A stretch of 64,000 nucleotides of DNA, taken from contig JAHPZE010000002.1 in assembly GCA_019058365.1 (NCBI GenBank), positions 160,001 through 224,000 on the forward strand, read 5' to 3'. A program made the position numbers and the translations under genes. The notes beneath the pieces are model-generated. The model was not told where the DNA came from and did not search any database. It saw nothing but the letters and a program-made list of their open reading frames with translations. Origin of the DNA: Promethearchaeota archaeon. Its GTDB lineage: Archaea; Asgardarchaeota; Lokiarchaeia; Sigyniarchaeales; SOKP01. Each line of letters begins with the position of its first letter. Within the stretch, counting starts at the first letter, position 1. Below are positions 40,122 through 50,432 of this stretch, piece by piece.

Positions 40122-40443
40122 CAGTTTTATAGAACCAAATCATAATATCTATTATAAATCTAAATTAAGGATTAATTTTGGTTAATATTCTACAAGACAT
40201 TTGGAATGTGACTCAGAATGATATAGTGTTTTATAACCGTGTCTTTAATCACACTATTAATGAATAACTATTTGATTATTAATAACTTTTTTTTAAATAA
40301 ACTTTTTTAAATCAAATAAATACAGTAAAATTTTCAATAAATCATTGGAAATACGTAACATAATTAACACATCATTCATTTTCTTAAATAGTTCAATATG
40401 AACTGAAAAAAAAATTTAATTTATGTAAAAATTGGTTTTAAAA

Positions 40444-40686
40444 TTGACCGAAGGTACAGTTAAATGGTTTAATAACCGTAAAGGTTATGGATTTATAGCA
40501 ACTGAAGAAGAAGGAGATATATTCGTTCATCACAGTGCCATTGTTAAGAAGAGTGATGAATATGCCTCGTTAAATGAAAATGATAAAGTAGAATTTGAGA
40601 TCACTCAAGGTGATAAAGGTCCTGCTGCAAGTAAAGTAGTAGTAACTGAAGCCGCTCCTGCTCAAGTTCGAGATTTTCGATATTAA
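40444..40686 (+). CDS. Cold-shock domain protein
   Basis: [30 protein letters not shown] 40444 gives the family-typical N-terminus. Confidence 0.93.
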   Translation: MTEGTVKWFNNRKGYGFIATEEEGDIFVHHSAIVKKSDEYASLNENDKVEFEITQGDKGPAASKVVVTEAAPAQVRDFRY

Positions 40687-40814
40687 ACTTCTTTTTGTTA
40701 CAAATCAATAAAATATAATAATATTTAATAAGTAGTAGGTAGTAATTAGTAAGACCTTGTTTTGCGATTGTTATCGAATCTTATCTTTTTTTTATTTCTT
40801 AAAAAAAAATTTTT

Positions 40815-41207
40815 TTAGAAGAGGGGGATGTTATTAATGTCCAAACTTTTAGGAATTCTTTTATTACGTTCTAAATAAGAAACTTCATGTCGTAAATATC
40901 TCCAAGATATTTCGCATTTCTCTAATTTACCATCAACTGACGTTTCAAATTCCCAAGGATTAATTACAATTAAGTCCCCTTTTCTTATCCACACTCTTTT
41001 TTTAATTTTCCCTCGGATTCTCCCAATACGGCGTTTTCCATCTTCACAATAAACACCCATCCTTTCTTGGCCAAATATCTCAACAACCCGCGCAAACATT
41101 TCTCCGTTCTTTCTATAAGGCATTTTTACTCTCGATACTGTTGGGGTTGGAGCGGGAGTGAAACTCCTCCGTCCTTTTTTTTGTTGGTTTTTTTTCATCT
41201 TAGGCAT
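40815..41207 (-). CDS. eif1a: Translation initiation factor aIF-1A
   Basis: CEDGKRRIGRIRGKIKKRVWIRKGD..PW..WRY. Confidence 0.93.
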   Translation of the reverse strand: MPKMKKNQQKKGRRSFTPAPTPTVSRVKMPYRKNGEMFARVVEIFGQERMGVYCEDGKRRIGRIRGKIKKRVWIRKGDLIVINPWEFETSVDGKLEKCEISWRYLRHEVSYLERNKRIPKSLDINNIPLF

Positions 41208-41663
41208 ATATATTCTACTCTTTAGTTTTTCTAGCTAGTTACTATTATAAATCCGATTTACTATAAATGTAAAGAATTATACTTTTATTTGAAGTTAAAA
41301 TCGGAATATGCTTCGCATAAAACTCGCAAGGTGCGAATTGAAAATTTAAAATTCAGTTAAATTTAAAACATATCTTTATAATTTAATAGGATAATAATTA
41401 CTTCTTTTTAGGTTTTTCTAAATCATTTAAAATATTCATAATATAAACCGAAAAGTAAATGAAAGAACAGACTATATGTCGGAGTGCTGATGGAAAAGTG
41501 AAACTATTAACTCTATACGATTAATTAATATCTCGATTGAGAATAACACACAATGCTATTTACGTGGAAAATGGGTTTATATAATGAAAATTGAATTAAA
41601 AGATTATAGCACTCTATTTTTATTAAAAAGAGGATTACAAAAAAATCCATTTTAATTAATGAT

Positions 41664-41882
41664 CTAAATCCCGCCGGCGATATGGGGAAGGATAACCACT
41701 TCTGATTGCTCATTGATAACGGTATCGGGTGTAGCCTTCTTTCCATCCACTAGAATTCCAAAGTACTTATTTTCTAATTTAAGTTCTTGTAGTAGGTCAG
41801 CTACAGTCATTGTTTTTTCTGGTTTGAACATTTCATACAAGCCAGTATCTAATAATTCAGAAATTTGTTTTATAACAATCAC
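41664..41882 (-). CDS. MoaD/ThiS/SAMP ubiquitin-like protein ending GG-I
   Basis: TVADLL..L, ILVDG, VILPHIAGGI. True start may be ATA 41873. Confidence 0.85.
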   Translation of the reverse strand: MIVIKQISELLDTGLYEMFKPEKTMTVADLLQELKLENKYFGILVDGKKATPDTVINEQSEVVILPHIAGGI

Positions 41883-42049
41883 CTACATTTTTTTATTATT
41901 AATAATATACACGTTATACTATTTAATATTATTCCTTTATAAAAAGTCGTTTCAGAATGCTGTGAATTCTTGTTTTTGAACCAATTATTGCATTTATTTT
42001 AGTGTTTCTAAATAGATTTTCATTTTAAAGAAAACTGAATAGAAAAATT

Positions 42050-43786
42050 ATGGGTTTTAAACAAAAACCAATTTTTTTTATTTTTACATTACTTTCTATA
42101 AATAGACTTTACTTAGTTCGAGGAGATTATAAAATTATTGAAGAAGAGGAATTCATAGATTATACAGAATATTTAGATAAGATAAGAGAATATGAATCTA
42201 AGATTAAGCAATTAACTGATCCAATAGAGAAAGAAAAGAAAATTAAAGAAATGGTCTCAGGGGCTATTAATTTCTCTAATGAAATTGTTGAATCTGGAGA
42301 ATATTTTGAAGCAGGCGAATTTCTTTTCTCTGTTGCTGAAATAATGGAAAGTCTTGATTTTTCAGAAGCACTCAAATTATATAAGCAAATTATTGAACTC
42401 TATAAAAAATTAATTATTGATTATAAGCTTCAAGCGAAATTACATGAGATTGCTGAGTTATACTTACGAATAGCAGACATTTATCATGATAAAATAGTAG
42501 ATTTACATTCTGAAAAAAAAAATATATTGAATAGTATAAAATTTCTAAAGCAGGAAAGTAAACTTTTAAAGGAGTTCAATGAAACCAGAAAACTTGCCCA
42601 AAATTATCAAAATATAGCAGAATTGTTTTTAAAATTTTCAGATTATATGAATGCTATAAAATACTATGAGAAAGCTATCGCAATTTCAAAACATCATAAC
42701 TACTTTGATATGCTGTCTTTCTCTTATCAACAAATAGGATTATGTTATGAAGAAATCGATGATTATAACAAATCCCAAGATGTAATTTTGGATGGTGTTG
42801 AACACTTCTCAAATTTAGCAACTAAATATGAAGAAAAAAGTGATGGTTTAACTTTAGCTCAAATATATCAGATATTAAAGAATCTTTATCACATTTTGGA
42901 TAAAGCGGATCAATATACTATTTTCTCCAAGAAAGAAGCTGGAGCGTATATAGATCTAGCAGAAACTATAGAAAAAAATAAAGAAAACTTTCATAAAATT
43001 GCACGATATTACCGAGGTGCTGCGTTATGTTATCAAGACATTCAAAATAATTTAATTGAATGTGCTTCTTGTTTTGTATTAGCTGGAAATTTTTCAGAAA
43101 AAATTGAGGATTTTAACCAAGCTGCGATAAATCTTGTTGATGCAGCTAACGTATTTAAAGAATTGAAAAATTTTGATATGGCTTATAAACATTATGTTAA
43201 AGCAGGAGATAATTTTTGGAAAATTGGAAGTATAAACGAGTCCACAGAGAGTTATTTAAACGCCTATGATATCGCTATCGAAGGTGAATTAGAATTTAAC
43301 AGATTTGGGATTTTTAATCAAATAATTAGAGGATTAAATAAGATTGCTGAAGAAGGATTAAAAAATAAGCAATTTTTTACTGCTGCAACCCTTATTTTAG
43401 AAAGCATAAAATTTTATGAACAACTGGATACCGCAAAGGATTATCTTTTGAGAGAAATGGTTAATAATCTTTATCGCTACTATTATAGAGCTGCTAACCT
43501 TAAAAATATTGGCCATTCTCACATAGTTCAAAGCTATGTTCTCGCTTCCATCTCATGTATATTAAATGGAAATTTAGAAAAAGCATGGGAAATTATCTCT
43601 GAAATTGAAACCGAAGGGAACACAATTAGAAAATTCAAGGAAATTATAAGAATAATGATTGAACAAGTTTCCGAAGGGAAAGAAGTAGGATTAGAAGTTT
43701 TCCCCTACAATTTAAGAAGGTTAATAGAAAGCTCTGAAGAAATAACATTTCTTTTGAAATTATTTAAAGGATTTAAAATAATATAA
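42050..43786 (+). CDS. SNAP-like/TPR alpha-solenoid protein
   Basis: Repeated AxxYxxAAxxY / CFVLAGNF / AANVFKE helices. Probable true start ATT 42134 after GAGGAG. Confidence 0.78.
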   Translation: MGFKQKPIFFIFTLLSINRLYLVRGDYKIIEEEEFIDYTEYLDKIREYESKIKQLTDPIEKEKKIKEMVSGAINFSNEIVESGEYFEAGEFLFSVAEIMESLDFSEALKLYKQIIELYKKLIIDYKLQAKLHEIAELYLRIADIYHDKIVDLHSEKKNILNSIKFLKQESKLLKEFNETRKLAQNYQNIAELFLKFSDYMNAIKYYEKAIAISKHHNYFDMLSFSYQQIGLCYEEIDDYNKSQDVILDGVEHFSNLATKYEEKSDGLTLAQIYQILKNLYHILDKADQYTIFSKKEAGAYIDLAETIEKNKENFHKIARYYRGAALCYQDIQNNLIECASCFVLAGNFSEKIEDFNQAAINLVDAANVFKELKNFDMAYKHYVKAGDNFWKIGSINESTESYLNAYDIAIEGELEFNRFGIFNQIIRGLNKIAEEGLKNKQFFTAATLILESIKFYEQLDTAKDYLLREMVNNLYRYYYRAANLKNIGHSHIVQSYVLASISCILNGNLEKAWEIISEIETEGNTIRKFKEIIRIMIEQVSEGKEVGLEVFPYNLRRLIESSEEITFLLKLFKGFKII

Positions 43787-43877
43787 ACCTACAATTTTGT
43801 ATAGTTTAATTGGATGGTTTATAAAGCTTAAATATTTAAAATGAATCCCTTATTTTAATTATAAGACTTTAAGAATA

Positions 43878-44546
43878 ATGAAAGTTAAGAAAAGTAAAAA
43901 TATCGTTTTAAGTTTCGACCTGGATAATACTTTAATTAATAACAGGGATGGCATTGTAGCTTCATTTAATTATGCATTAAATAAACATAACTTACCTATA
44001 TTGGAGAAAACAGAAATAGAACATATGATTGGAACGCCTTTAAATGAAATGTTTGATAGTGTCTCCAACTATGACTCTTCAAAATTAGTTATTGCGTTTA
44101 GAGAATATTATGGGACAAAAGGCATTTATCAAGCAAGTGTTTTACCCGGCATTAAGTCTAAATTAAAAGAATTATATGAATTGCCCTTCACCTTAGGAAT
44201 AATAACATCAAAAAAGCAAGAAATGGCGAAGAGAATCCTTGAAATTTTAAAGATTCAGAAATATTTTGATTATATTATAGGAGAAACAGAAAATACAAAG
44301 GAATTGGGAAAACTCGATCCAAAACTCAAATTAATGTTAGAAAAGAATTACCCTGAATATTATATTATAATCATTGGGGATCATCCTAAAGATGTTATAC
44401 TTTCCAACAACTTAAACTGTCCATTCATTGGAGTATTAACAGGAAACCATTCAGCAGAGCAATTAAAAGCGATAAAAAAAGGAAAAGTACAAATAATAAA
44501 TTCAGTTAGTGATTTGACTATTGATTTAATATTATCTTTAATTTAA
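43878..44546 (+). CDS. HAD-family hydrolase (PGP-like)
   Basis: FDLDNTL, ITSK, IGDHPKD. Confidence 0.9.
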   Translation: MKVKKSKNIVLSFDLDNTLINNRDGIVASFNYALNKHNLPILEKTEIEHMIGTPLNEMFDSVSNYDSSKLVIAFREYYGTKGIYQASVLPGIKSKLKELYELPFTLGIITSKKQEMAKRILEILKIQKYFDYIIGETENTKELGKLDPKLKLMLEKNYPEYYIIIIGDHPKDVILSNNLNCPFIGVLTGNHSAEQLKAIKKGKVQIINSVSDLTIDLILSLI

Positions 44547-44614
44547 ATCAGATGTTCTAATTTTAGATATCTGTAATAAAAAAGAGAAAAAAAGTAATTA
44601 TTTTTAACAACGCT

Positions 44615-46072
44615 TTATTCTTTTGACCAAGATTCATATTCTTTCATAAATTCCTCTGGTTTCCATTGAGTATCCATATACTTCGGGATTCCAGAACTAT
44701 CTCTAGGTCCTACAACTACAAATGCATCTGCTTCATCTTCTAAGGCTCCACTCAAACGAGCAGCCATGCCTGGAATAATAAGAATTCTATGCTTTACTTT
44801 ATCAAAAGCCCCAAATTCCTTCACGGCTTCAGCTATTGAACCCGCATTAAATTGACCCCCTGCAACAGCGCTTTCAATTCCTATCCCCTCACTATCGACT
44901 ACTAAAAGCCAACAACTTAAGTTAGCTCCTTGCAGATCTTGTTCGACGGGGATTTTAGTCATTCTATAATTACTAGTAACGAATATTGGAGCCATATCTC
45001 CGGGTTCTCCAATCTTATACATACCTGGGTCTACAGCGGGGTAAATTCTTGGGTCAGAAAATACACTTTGTCGTAAAGTCATCAAGGCTAAAAGTGCCCA
45101 GATCTCTTCCTTCTTCTGACCGGTGTGCAATACTAACATATTTGCATCTATAGACTCCATTATAGCTCCCATTATCACTTCTTGATATTGATGTTCCCAT
45201 AATTCTTTATCATTTCCAATCTTTACTTGGCTCCAATAAGCTGCGGGTACACCCATAACTGGCCAACAAGCATTTTTATCTTCTTTATTTATTGCTCCTG
45301 TCCTTAATTGCATAATCCTATCATAAGTTACAGAAAGATTCCCGGGTCCAAAATAAGTTCCTGGATCTAATACCATCTCTTTCACTCCTAATTTCTGTAG
45401 GGTAGCACTCAAAGATACTAACTCATCTAAATTACTAGAAGTAATAGCAACAGGTAAGTTATTTTGTATAGCAAATTTCCCAATTTCCTCCCAAGTATTT
45501 TTTGTAATAGCATAAAGTAAGGGTTTTTTATCCTTAATTTCTTCAGCAGCAGTTAATAATATTTCAGTATTAAAACTACATAGCATAATAGGAAGATTTG
45601 AGAGCTCTGTTACTTTTTTAGCTGCTAACTTAAATTGATCTTTATCTCCGGAAACATTTCTTAAAGCAATACCATCAAGAGTAAGGACATCTCCAATCCT
45701 TTCAATTTTAAGATCTGAAAGGTATTTGATAATATTTTCTAAATCAATGTCGTCATCTGCAATTTCAACAAAGAGAGTTGTTTGGTTATAAAATGTTAAT
45801 TGATGCCTCATCAAAACCTCTTCTCCCCCGATTGTAGCTGTCCTATCTCCAATACCAATAGTTACAGTTTTTTGAGGAGGAGTTAAAAGTTTAATAAGTT
45901 TCTCTCTATTTTTTGCTTGTTTTGGATCTTGGATTAAATGAGTACAATCTTGAACTGTTACCTTTCTTTCCAATGTATCTGTCGCAAAAGCCATACATGT
46001 GTCATATCCGCAATCTTTACAATTCGATTTATCCAAAAGGGCATAAATCTCTAACGGACTTGGTCTAGCCAT
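44615..46072 (-). CDS. cdhE: Corrinoid Fe-S protein large subunit (ACDS gamma, CdhE/AcsC)
   Basis: NCKDCGYDTCMAFA..C, GGEEVLMRH, VTSNY, IIPGMAA, VVGPRDSSGI. Confidence 0.9.
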   Translation of the reverse strand: MARPSPLEIYALLDKSNCKDCGYDTCMAFATDTLERKVTVQDCTHLIQDPKQAKNREKLIKLLTPPQKTVTIGIGDRTATIGGEEVLMRHQLTFYNQTTLFVEIADDDIDLENIIKYLSDLKIERIGDVLTLDGIALRNVSGDKDQFKLAAKKVTELSNLPIMLCSFNTEILLTAAEEIKDKKPLLYAITKNTWEEIGKFAIQNNLPVAITSSNLDELVSLSATLQKLGVKEMVLDPGTYFGPGNLSVTYDRIMQLRTGAINKEDKNACWPVMGVPAAYWSQVKIGNDKELWEHQYQEVIMGAIMESIDANMLVLHTGQKKEEIWALLALMTLRQSVFSDPRIYPAVDPGMYKIGEPGDMAPIFVTSNYRMTKIPVEQDLQGANLSCWLLVVDSEGIGIESAVAGGQFNAGSIAEAVKEFGAFDKVKHRILIIPGMAARLSGALEDEADAFVVVGPRDSSGIPKYMDTQWKPEEFMKEYESWSKE

Positions 46073-46259
46073 TTCATTTTCTCCAAATTCTTTTTTAATC
46101 AGTAGTAAATATTCACTAAGTATGGGTACTCTAATTGTAAATTTAATTAAAAATTTGGTTTTTTTAAAACAATTATACCTCTAACTCCTTTTATCTTGAT
46201 TCAATTTCTAAAATAAGATATTAGAAAATTATTAAAAAATTTTTAAATTTACTTAGTTA

Positions 46260-47696
46260 ATGGTTAATGATCAAAAATTTTTTGAAGATCTTAATTCTTT
46301 ATTTTACCCTGAACATATTGCATTTATTGGAGCATCAGAAAGCTCTAGATTGGGCTCAATGTTGTATTTACCAGCTTTTAAGGATTCAATATGGTCCGAA
46401 ACTTTTTATCCCATAAATCCAAAATATAATGAAGTAATGGGTTGGAAATGTTATGCTTCTGTTTTAGATGTTCCATATCCTGTCGATACGGCTTATATCT
46501 CATTGAAGACTAAATTTATCTCAAGAGCTCTGAAAGAATGCGTGGAAAAAGGAATAAAATGGGTAATAATTTTTGCGTCAGGCTTTTCTGAAACGGGAGC
46601 TTCTGAAGGAAAACAATTAGAAGTAGAACTCTTAAAAATTATTAAAGGGTCTAATACAAGGGTAATTGGACCAAATTGCTTAGGCCCATTAAACGCAGAA
46701 AATGGAATGGCATTCTCATTTGCATCTCAAGGAAAATATGGGAGCGTATCTTTTATGTCCCAATCTGGAGGGCATCTAACTCAATTAGTTAACGTTGGAT
46801 ATGAACGAGATATTAGATTCCGTTATGGTATTAGTTTCGGTAATCAAATTGATTTGAATTGCGTGGATTTTATAAGATATTATAGTCAAAATTCACAAAC
46901 AAATCTTATTGCTGCTTATTTAGAATCTTCTGGTTCAGCTTCAGGGCATGAATTATTTTTAGAACTTAGAAAAGCAACTAAAATCAAACCAGTAATTTTA
47001 TGGAAGGGAGGATATACTAAAGATGGATCTCGTGCTGCTTTTTCTCATACTGGTGCAATAGCTTCAAATGATATATTATGGAAATCAATGGCTAAACAAA
47101 CGGGTACTACTCTTGTTAAAGATAATGATGAATTTTGGAGTACAATAAAAACTTTTGAACTATTATATCCACAATATCGGCCTAAAGGACGAAATGTGGG
47201 AATAATAACTCCAGGAGGCGGGTCTTCTGTTAATATCACTGATTTATTCGCATCTCAAAACCTTAAGATACCAGATTTAACTGCTGAATCACAGGCTAAA
47301 ATTGCTAAAGTACTGCCATATGTTAATGTAAATATTAAAAATCCTGTTGATTTAGGTGCATCGGGGTTTATCTTAAATCCCTTTACGGATTGTATAGATA
47401 TTGTGGTTAATGATCCAAACATTGACATAATTATAATACCACTTTGGCCTGACCATATTTATCGGTACGTTTTTAATAGAATGATAAAATGTTTTGAATC
47501 AACCTTAAAACCTTTTGCGTTTTGTTTACCAAGTATTTCCGACGATATTAATCTAGCAAAAAGATTTAATGCAGTTAAAAAGTTATTACATAAGAAACGA
47601 GTTCTCTATTTCTTATCTTTGAGAGACGCGGCAAAAAGTATCTCATTTTTATGTGATTATATAGACTTTCTAAAATCTCATAAAATCTCGAATTAA
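46260..47696 (+). CDS. NDP-forming acyl-CoA synthetase alpha-type subunit
   Basis: IGAS, SGFSE, GPNCLG, SQSGG, SHTGA phospho-His, NPVD. Confidence 0.9.
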   Translation: MVNDQKFFEDLNSLFYPEHIAFIGASESSRLGSMLYLPAFKDSIWSETFYPINPKYNEVMGWKCYASVLDVPYPVDTAYISLKTKFISRALKECVEKGIKWVIIFASGFSETGASEGKQLEVELLKIIKGSNTRVIGPNCLGPLNAENGMAFSFASQGKYGSVSFMSQSGGHLTQLVNVGYERDIRFRYGISFGNQIDLNCVDFIRYYSQNSQTNLIAAYLESSGSASGHELFLELRKATKIKPVILWKGGYTKDGSRAAFSHTGAIASNDILWKSMAKQTGTTLVKDNDEFWSTIKTFELLYPQYRPKGRNVGIITPGGGSSVNITDLFASQNLKIPDLTAESQAKIAKVLPYVNVNIKNPVDLGASGFILNPFTDCIDIVVNDPNIDIIIIPLWPDHIYRYVFNRMIKCFESTLKPFAFCLPSISDDINLAKRFNAVKKLLHKKRVLYFLSLRDAAKSISFLCDYIDFLKSHKISN

Positions 47697-47722
47697 AAAT
47701 AAAAAATAAATCAGTTTTTTAT

Positions 47723-48064
47723 CTATTTTTCTTTAGAAATTTTTTCTAAATATAATTTCATAAAAAATCTTTGACTATTACAGTAAGCAAATTTCTGTTT
47801 TTGACTAAGATCTTTAGAATTCTTTAAAATATAATGTATTTCTTTAATCATTTCAAAATGATTATCTATAATAGTCTCATTTATCTGCTTAAGGATACTT
47901 TTATTCTTTTTTATTAAATTATTTTTGTCTAATTTGTGTTCAAAATAATTACTTTTTTGTAAATTATAATTAGTTAAAATAGCCGATTCATCAAATCTAA
48001 GACTATTTTCAACATTTTTAAGATAAGTTCCTTCTAATTTTCCTGAACTCATTCCGTTTACCAT
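47723..48064 (-). CDS. Hypothetical protein
   Basis: 113-aa ORF, no motif. Confidence 0.5.
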   Translation of the reverse strand: MVNGMSSGKLEGTYLKNVENSLRFDESAILTNYNLQKSNYFEHKLDKNNLIKKNKSILKQINETIIDNHFEMIKEIHYILKNSKDLSQKQKFAYCNSQRFFMKLYLEKISKEK

Positions 48065-48412
48065 AAATTTTACTAATACTATTATTTTACTTATATTAAT
48101 TTCAGAGTAGCGATACTATTAACCCATTAATACATTAGCATTATTATTAAAATCAAAAATTCCCGAATTTATCATTAAAAGGAGAGGATAAGGATAACAA
48201 AATTCAAATTAAATATAAAAAGAGATTATTAAAGGCGAAATCCAATGTAAGAGTGAAAATTTTGTTTCCCTTCCTAATTAACAGTTTGACTTAAACTATA
48301 AAAATGGAACAAAATTTTGATTAGGCAAAGATAGACATTTAGGAATTATGAAAACTTTGTCTTTTTTATGAAACATAGAAAAAAAATGAAATCTTAAAAC
48401 TTCAATCTTTCT

Positions 48413-48955
48413 TTAGTAATATTCTATTTTTGATAGAAGTAAAGCGAAGAACCCGTAAAATAGGATATTTATTATACAACTTATAATAGCAAATATAAGA
48501 AGTTGCTCAAAAGATGCCAAAAAGTACAAACTCAATAATGCAGTTTGAGTAACAGGGCTCAACAAAGCTGCGATAATTACTGTTGCTGTACTTATAACTG
48601 CTGTTAAACTCCATGCCCCAAAACATTGAATTTTACTTTCACCGAACCTTCCAGCAAGAATCGCTGCTATAATTGGAGTAATTAAATATCCTAACCAAAT
48701 TAGGAAGATTTCCAAAACAAAACTTCCTAACAATGGTTGAAATAATATGTAATTAAAAATTAAAGTCGGTGTACTAGCAATTGAACCAAATAGATAAAAT
48801 ATAAGCTTTAAAGGAGCATAATTGGGCGAAGCCGGATTGAAAATATCAAGTAAAACCGCAATTCCAGGACCAAATGCTAAAGAAAGAATTGCAAAGACAA
48901 AGTTTAACCCCACAAATGCTACTAAACTCAATAAAAATGCTTTACCAAATGCCAT
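48413..48955 (-). CDS. Hypothetical membrane protein
   Basis: About 5 TM helices; start moved to ATG 48955 (MAFGKAFLLS). Confidence 0.72.
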   Translation of the reverse strand: MAFGKAFLLSLVAFVGLNFVFAILSLAFGPGIAVLLDIFNPASPNYAPLKLIFYLFGSIASTPTLIFNYILFQPLLGSFVLEIFLIWLGYLITPIIAAILAGRFGESKIQCFGAWSLTAVISTATVIIAALLSPVTQTALLSLYFLASFEQLLIFAIISCIINILFYGFFALLLSKIEYY

Positions 48956-49231
48956 TTCTGTTAGACTCTTTTTTATGTATATATTATTATATCTTATTAT
49001 CTTCAAGGAAGAGATTAATTTTAAATTTTAGGATAAATTTCAATTGAATTTTAAATCTTTTTACTTTCCTCTTAGATAATAAATAATAGGTAGAATTTAG
49101 TATCATCTTTAATTTCTGCTAAATTATATGATAATTTTACCTTCAATCAATCAAAATATTGTAAAGATGGATTTAAGAGAAGATTTGCTGAAAATTTTAA
49201 TAAATCATGAAATCCTAACAAGACTATAACA

Positions 49232-50260
49232 ATGAATAGAGTTAATGAAAAATTTACTCTTGGAAAGCTTAAACACAAGTTTTTAGCTCAGTTGCTCTCA
49301 AATATTGAAATAAATGATAATAGGGTAATTATGGGATCTAAAATAGGTGAAGATGCAGCAGTTATAGATATACCAGGACCTAATTATTTAGTAGCTAAAA
49401 CAGACCCAATTACCTTTGCAACTAATAAGATTGGCTACTATGCAGTAATCGTGAATGTTAATGATCTTGTATGCACTGGAGCAAAGCCTAAATGGTTTCA
49501 ATCCACAATATTATTACCCGAAAAACTTACTACGAGTAGGATGATTAATAAGATATTCAAAAATATCCATGATACATGTAAATCGATGGATATAACTGTT
49601 GTTGGAGGGCATACAGAAATTACTCCCGGGCTTGAGAGGCCAATTGTAATTGGGTCCTTGATAGGAGAAGTTCCCAAGAATAAACTCGTACTCACTTCCG
49701 GAGCAAAACCAGAGGATGCACTTATTTTAACGAAAGGGATCTTTATAGAAGGTACATCAATTATAGGACGAGAGAAAGAAAAGGAGCTATTAAATCATGA
49801 GTTAGGTCATGAATTTATAAAAAGATGTCAGGATTATCTTTTCAATCCTGGAATATGTGTTTTTGAAGAAGCTCTCTTAGCAAATAATCATTTTAAAATA
49901 AAATCGATGCATGACCCAACCGAAGGTGGACTTTATACAGGCGTAGCTGAAATGACTATCGCCTCAAATACAGGTGTGGAAATTGAAGAAGGAAGAATTA
50001 AAATCTTACCAGAATCAGAAATATTAAGTAAAATATTTAGCCTTAATCCGTACAATACGATATCATCTGGATCCTTATTAATTGCTGTGAATCAAGAAGA
50101 TTCTTTTGGTTTAATCGATCTATTAAGAAGAAATAAAATATCTGCTGAACAAATAGGTAAATTTACTCCTAAAGATAAAGGATTATTGGTTAAAAAAGAA
50201 GATGGAAAAAAGGAACCACTTAGATACTCAGAAACAGACGAAATAACCAAAATTTTCTGA
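49232..50260 (+). CDS. AIR-synthase (PurM/HypE/ThiL-like) family protein
   Basis: GEDAAV, KTDPIT, NVND, GGHTE, MHDPTEGG, ISSGSLL. Confidence 0.88.
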   Translation: MNRVNEKFTLGKLKHKFLAQLLSNIEINDNRVIMGSKIGEDAAVIDIPGPNYLVAKTDPITFATNKIGYYAVIVNVNDLVCTGAKPKWFQSTILLPEKLTTSRMINKIFKNIHDTCKSMDITVVGGHTEITPGLERPIVIGSLIGEVPKNKLVLTSGAKPEDALILTKGIFIEGTSIIGREKEKELLNHELGHEFIKRCQDYLFNPGICVFEEALLANNHFKIKSMHDPTEGGLYTGVAEMTIASNTGVEIEEGRIKILPESEILSKIFSLNPYNTISSGSLLIAVNQEDSFGLIDLLRRNKISAEQIGKFTPKDKGLLVKKEDGKKEPLRYSETDEITKIF

Positions 50261-50432
50261 TACTCCTTAAAAAAGCAACTTAATTTTAATTTTTTATCAA
50301 GTCAAACATATTATTCCCAATTTAACTAAAATTTTTATTTTCAAAATTTTATTTTATAATATATATAGTATCAATTTCTTAGGGTTGTTTAAAACCCAAA
50401 AAACAATAGACTTATTAAATATTTGATCAAAG

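Noticed and set aside
41459-41524. 21-codon ORF MKEQTICRSADGKVKLLTLYD
   Set aside because: Too short, with no RBS or recognisable homology.
44615-46072. Possible HgcA mercury methylase
   Set aside because: No N(V/I)WCA(A/G)GK cap helix and no TM domain; full AcsC/CdhE architecture instead.
48256-48318. Imperfect hairpin AAAATTTTGTTTCC...GGAACAAAATTTT
   Set aside because: Mostly A/T, no SECIS or kink-turn motif, no promoter/terminator frame; plausible by chance.
49232-50260. Possible selenophosphate synthetase SelD
   Set aside because: Lacks the N-terminal Cys/Sec-x-x-Lys motif; generic AIR-synthase-family protein.
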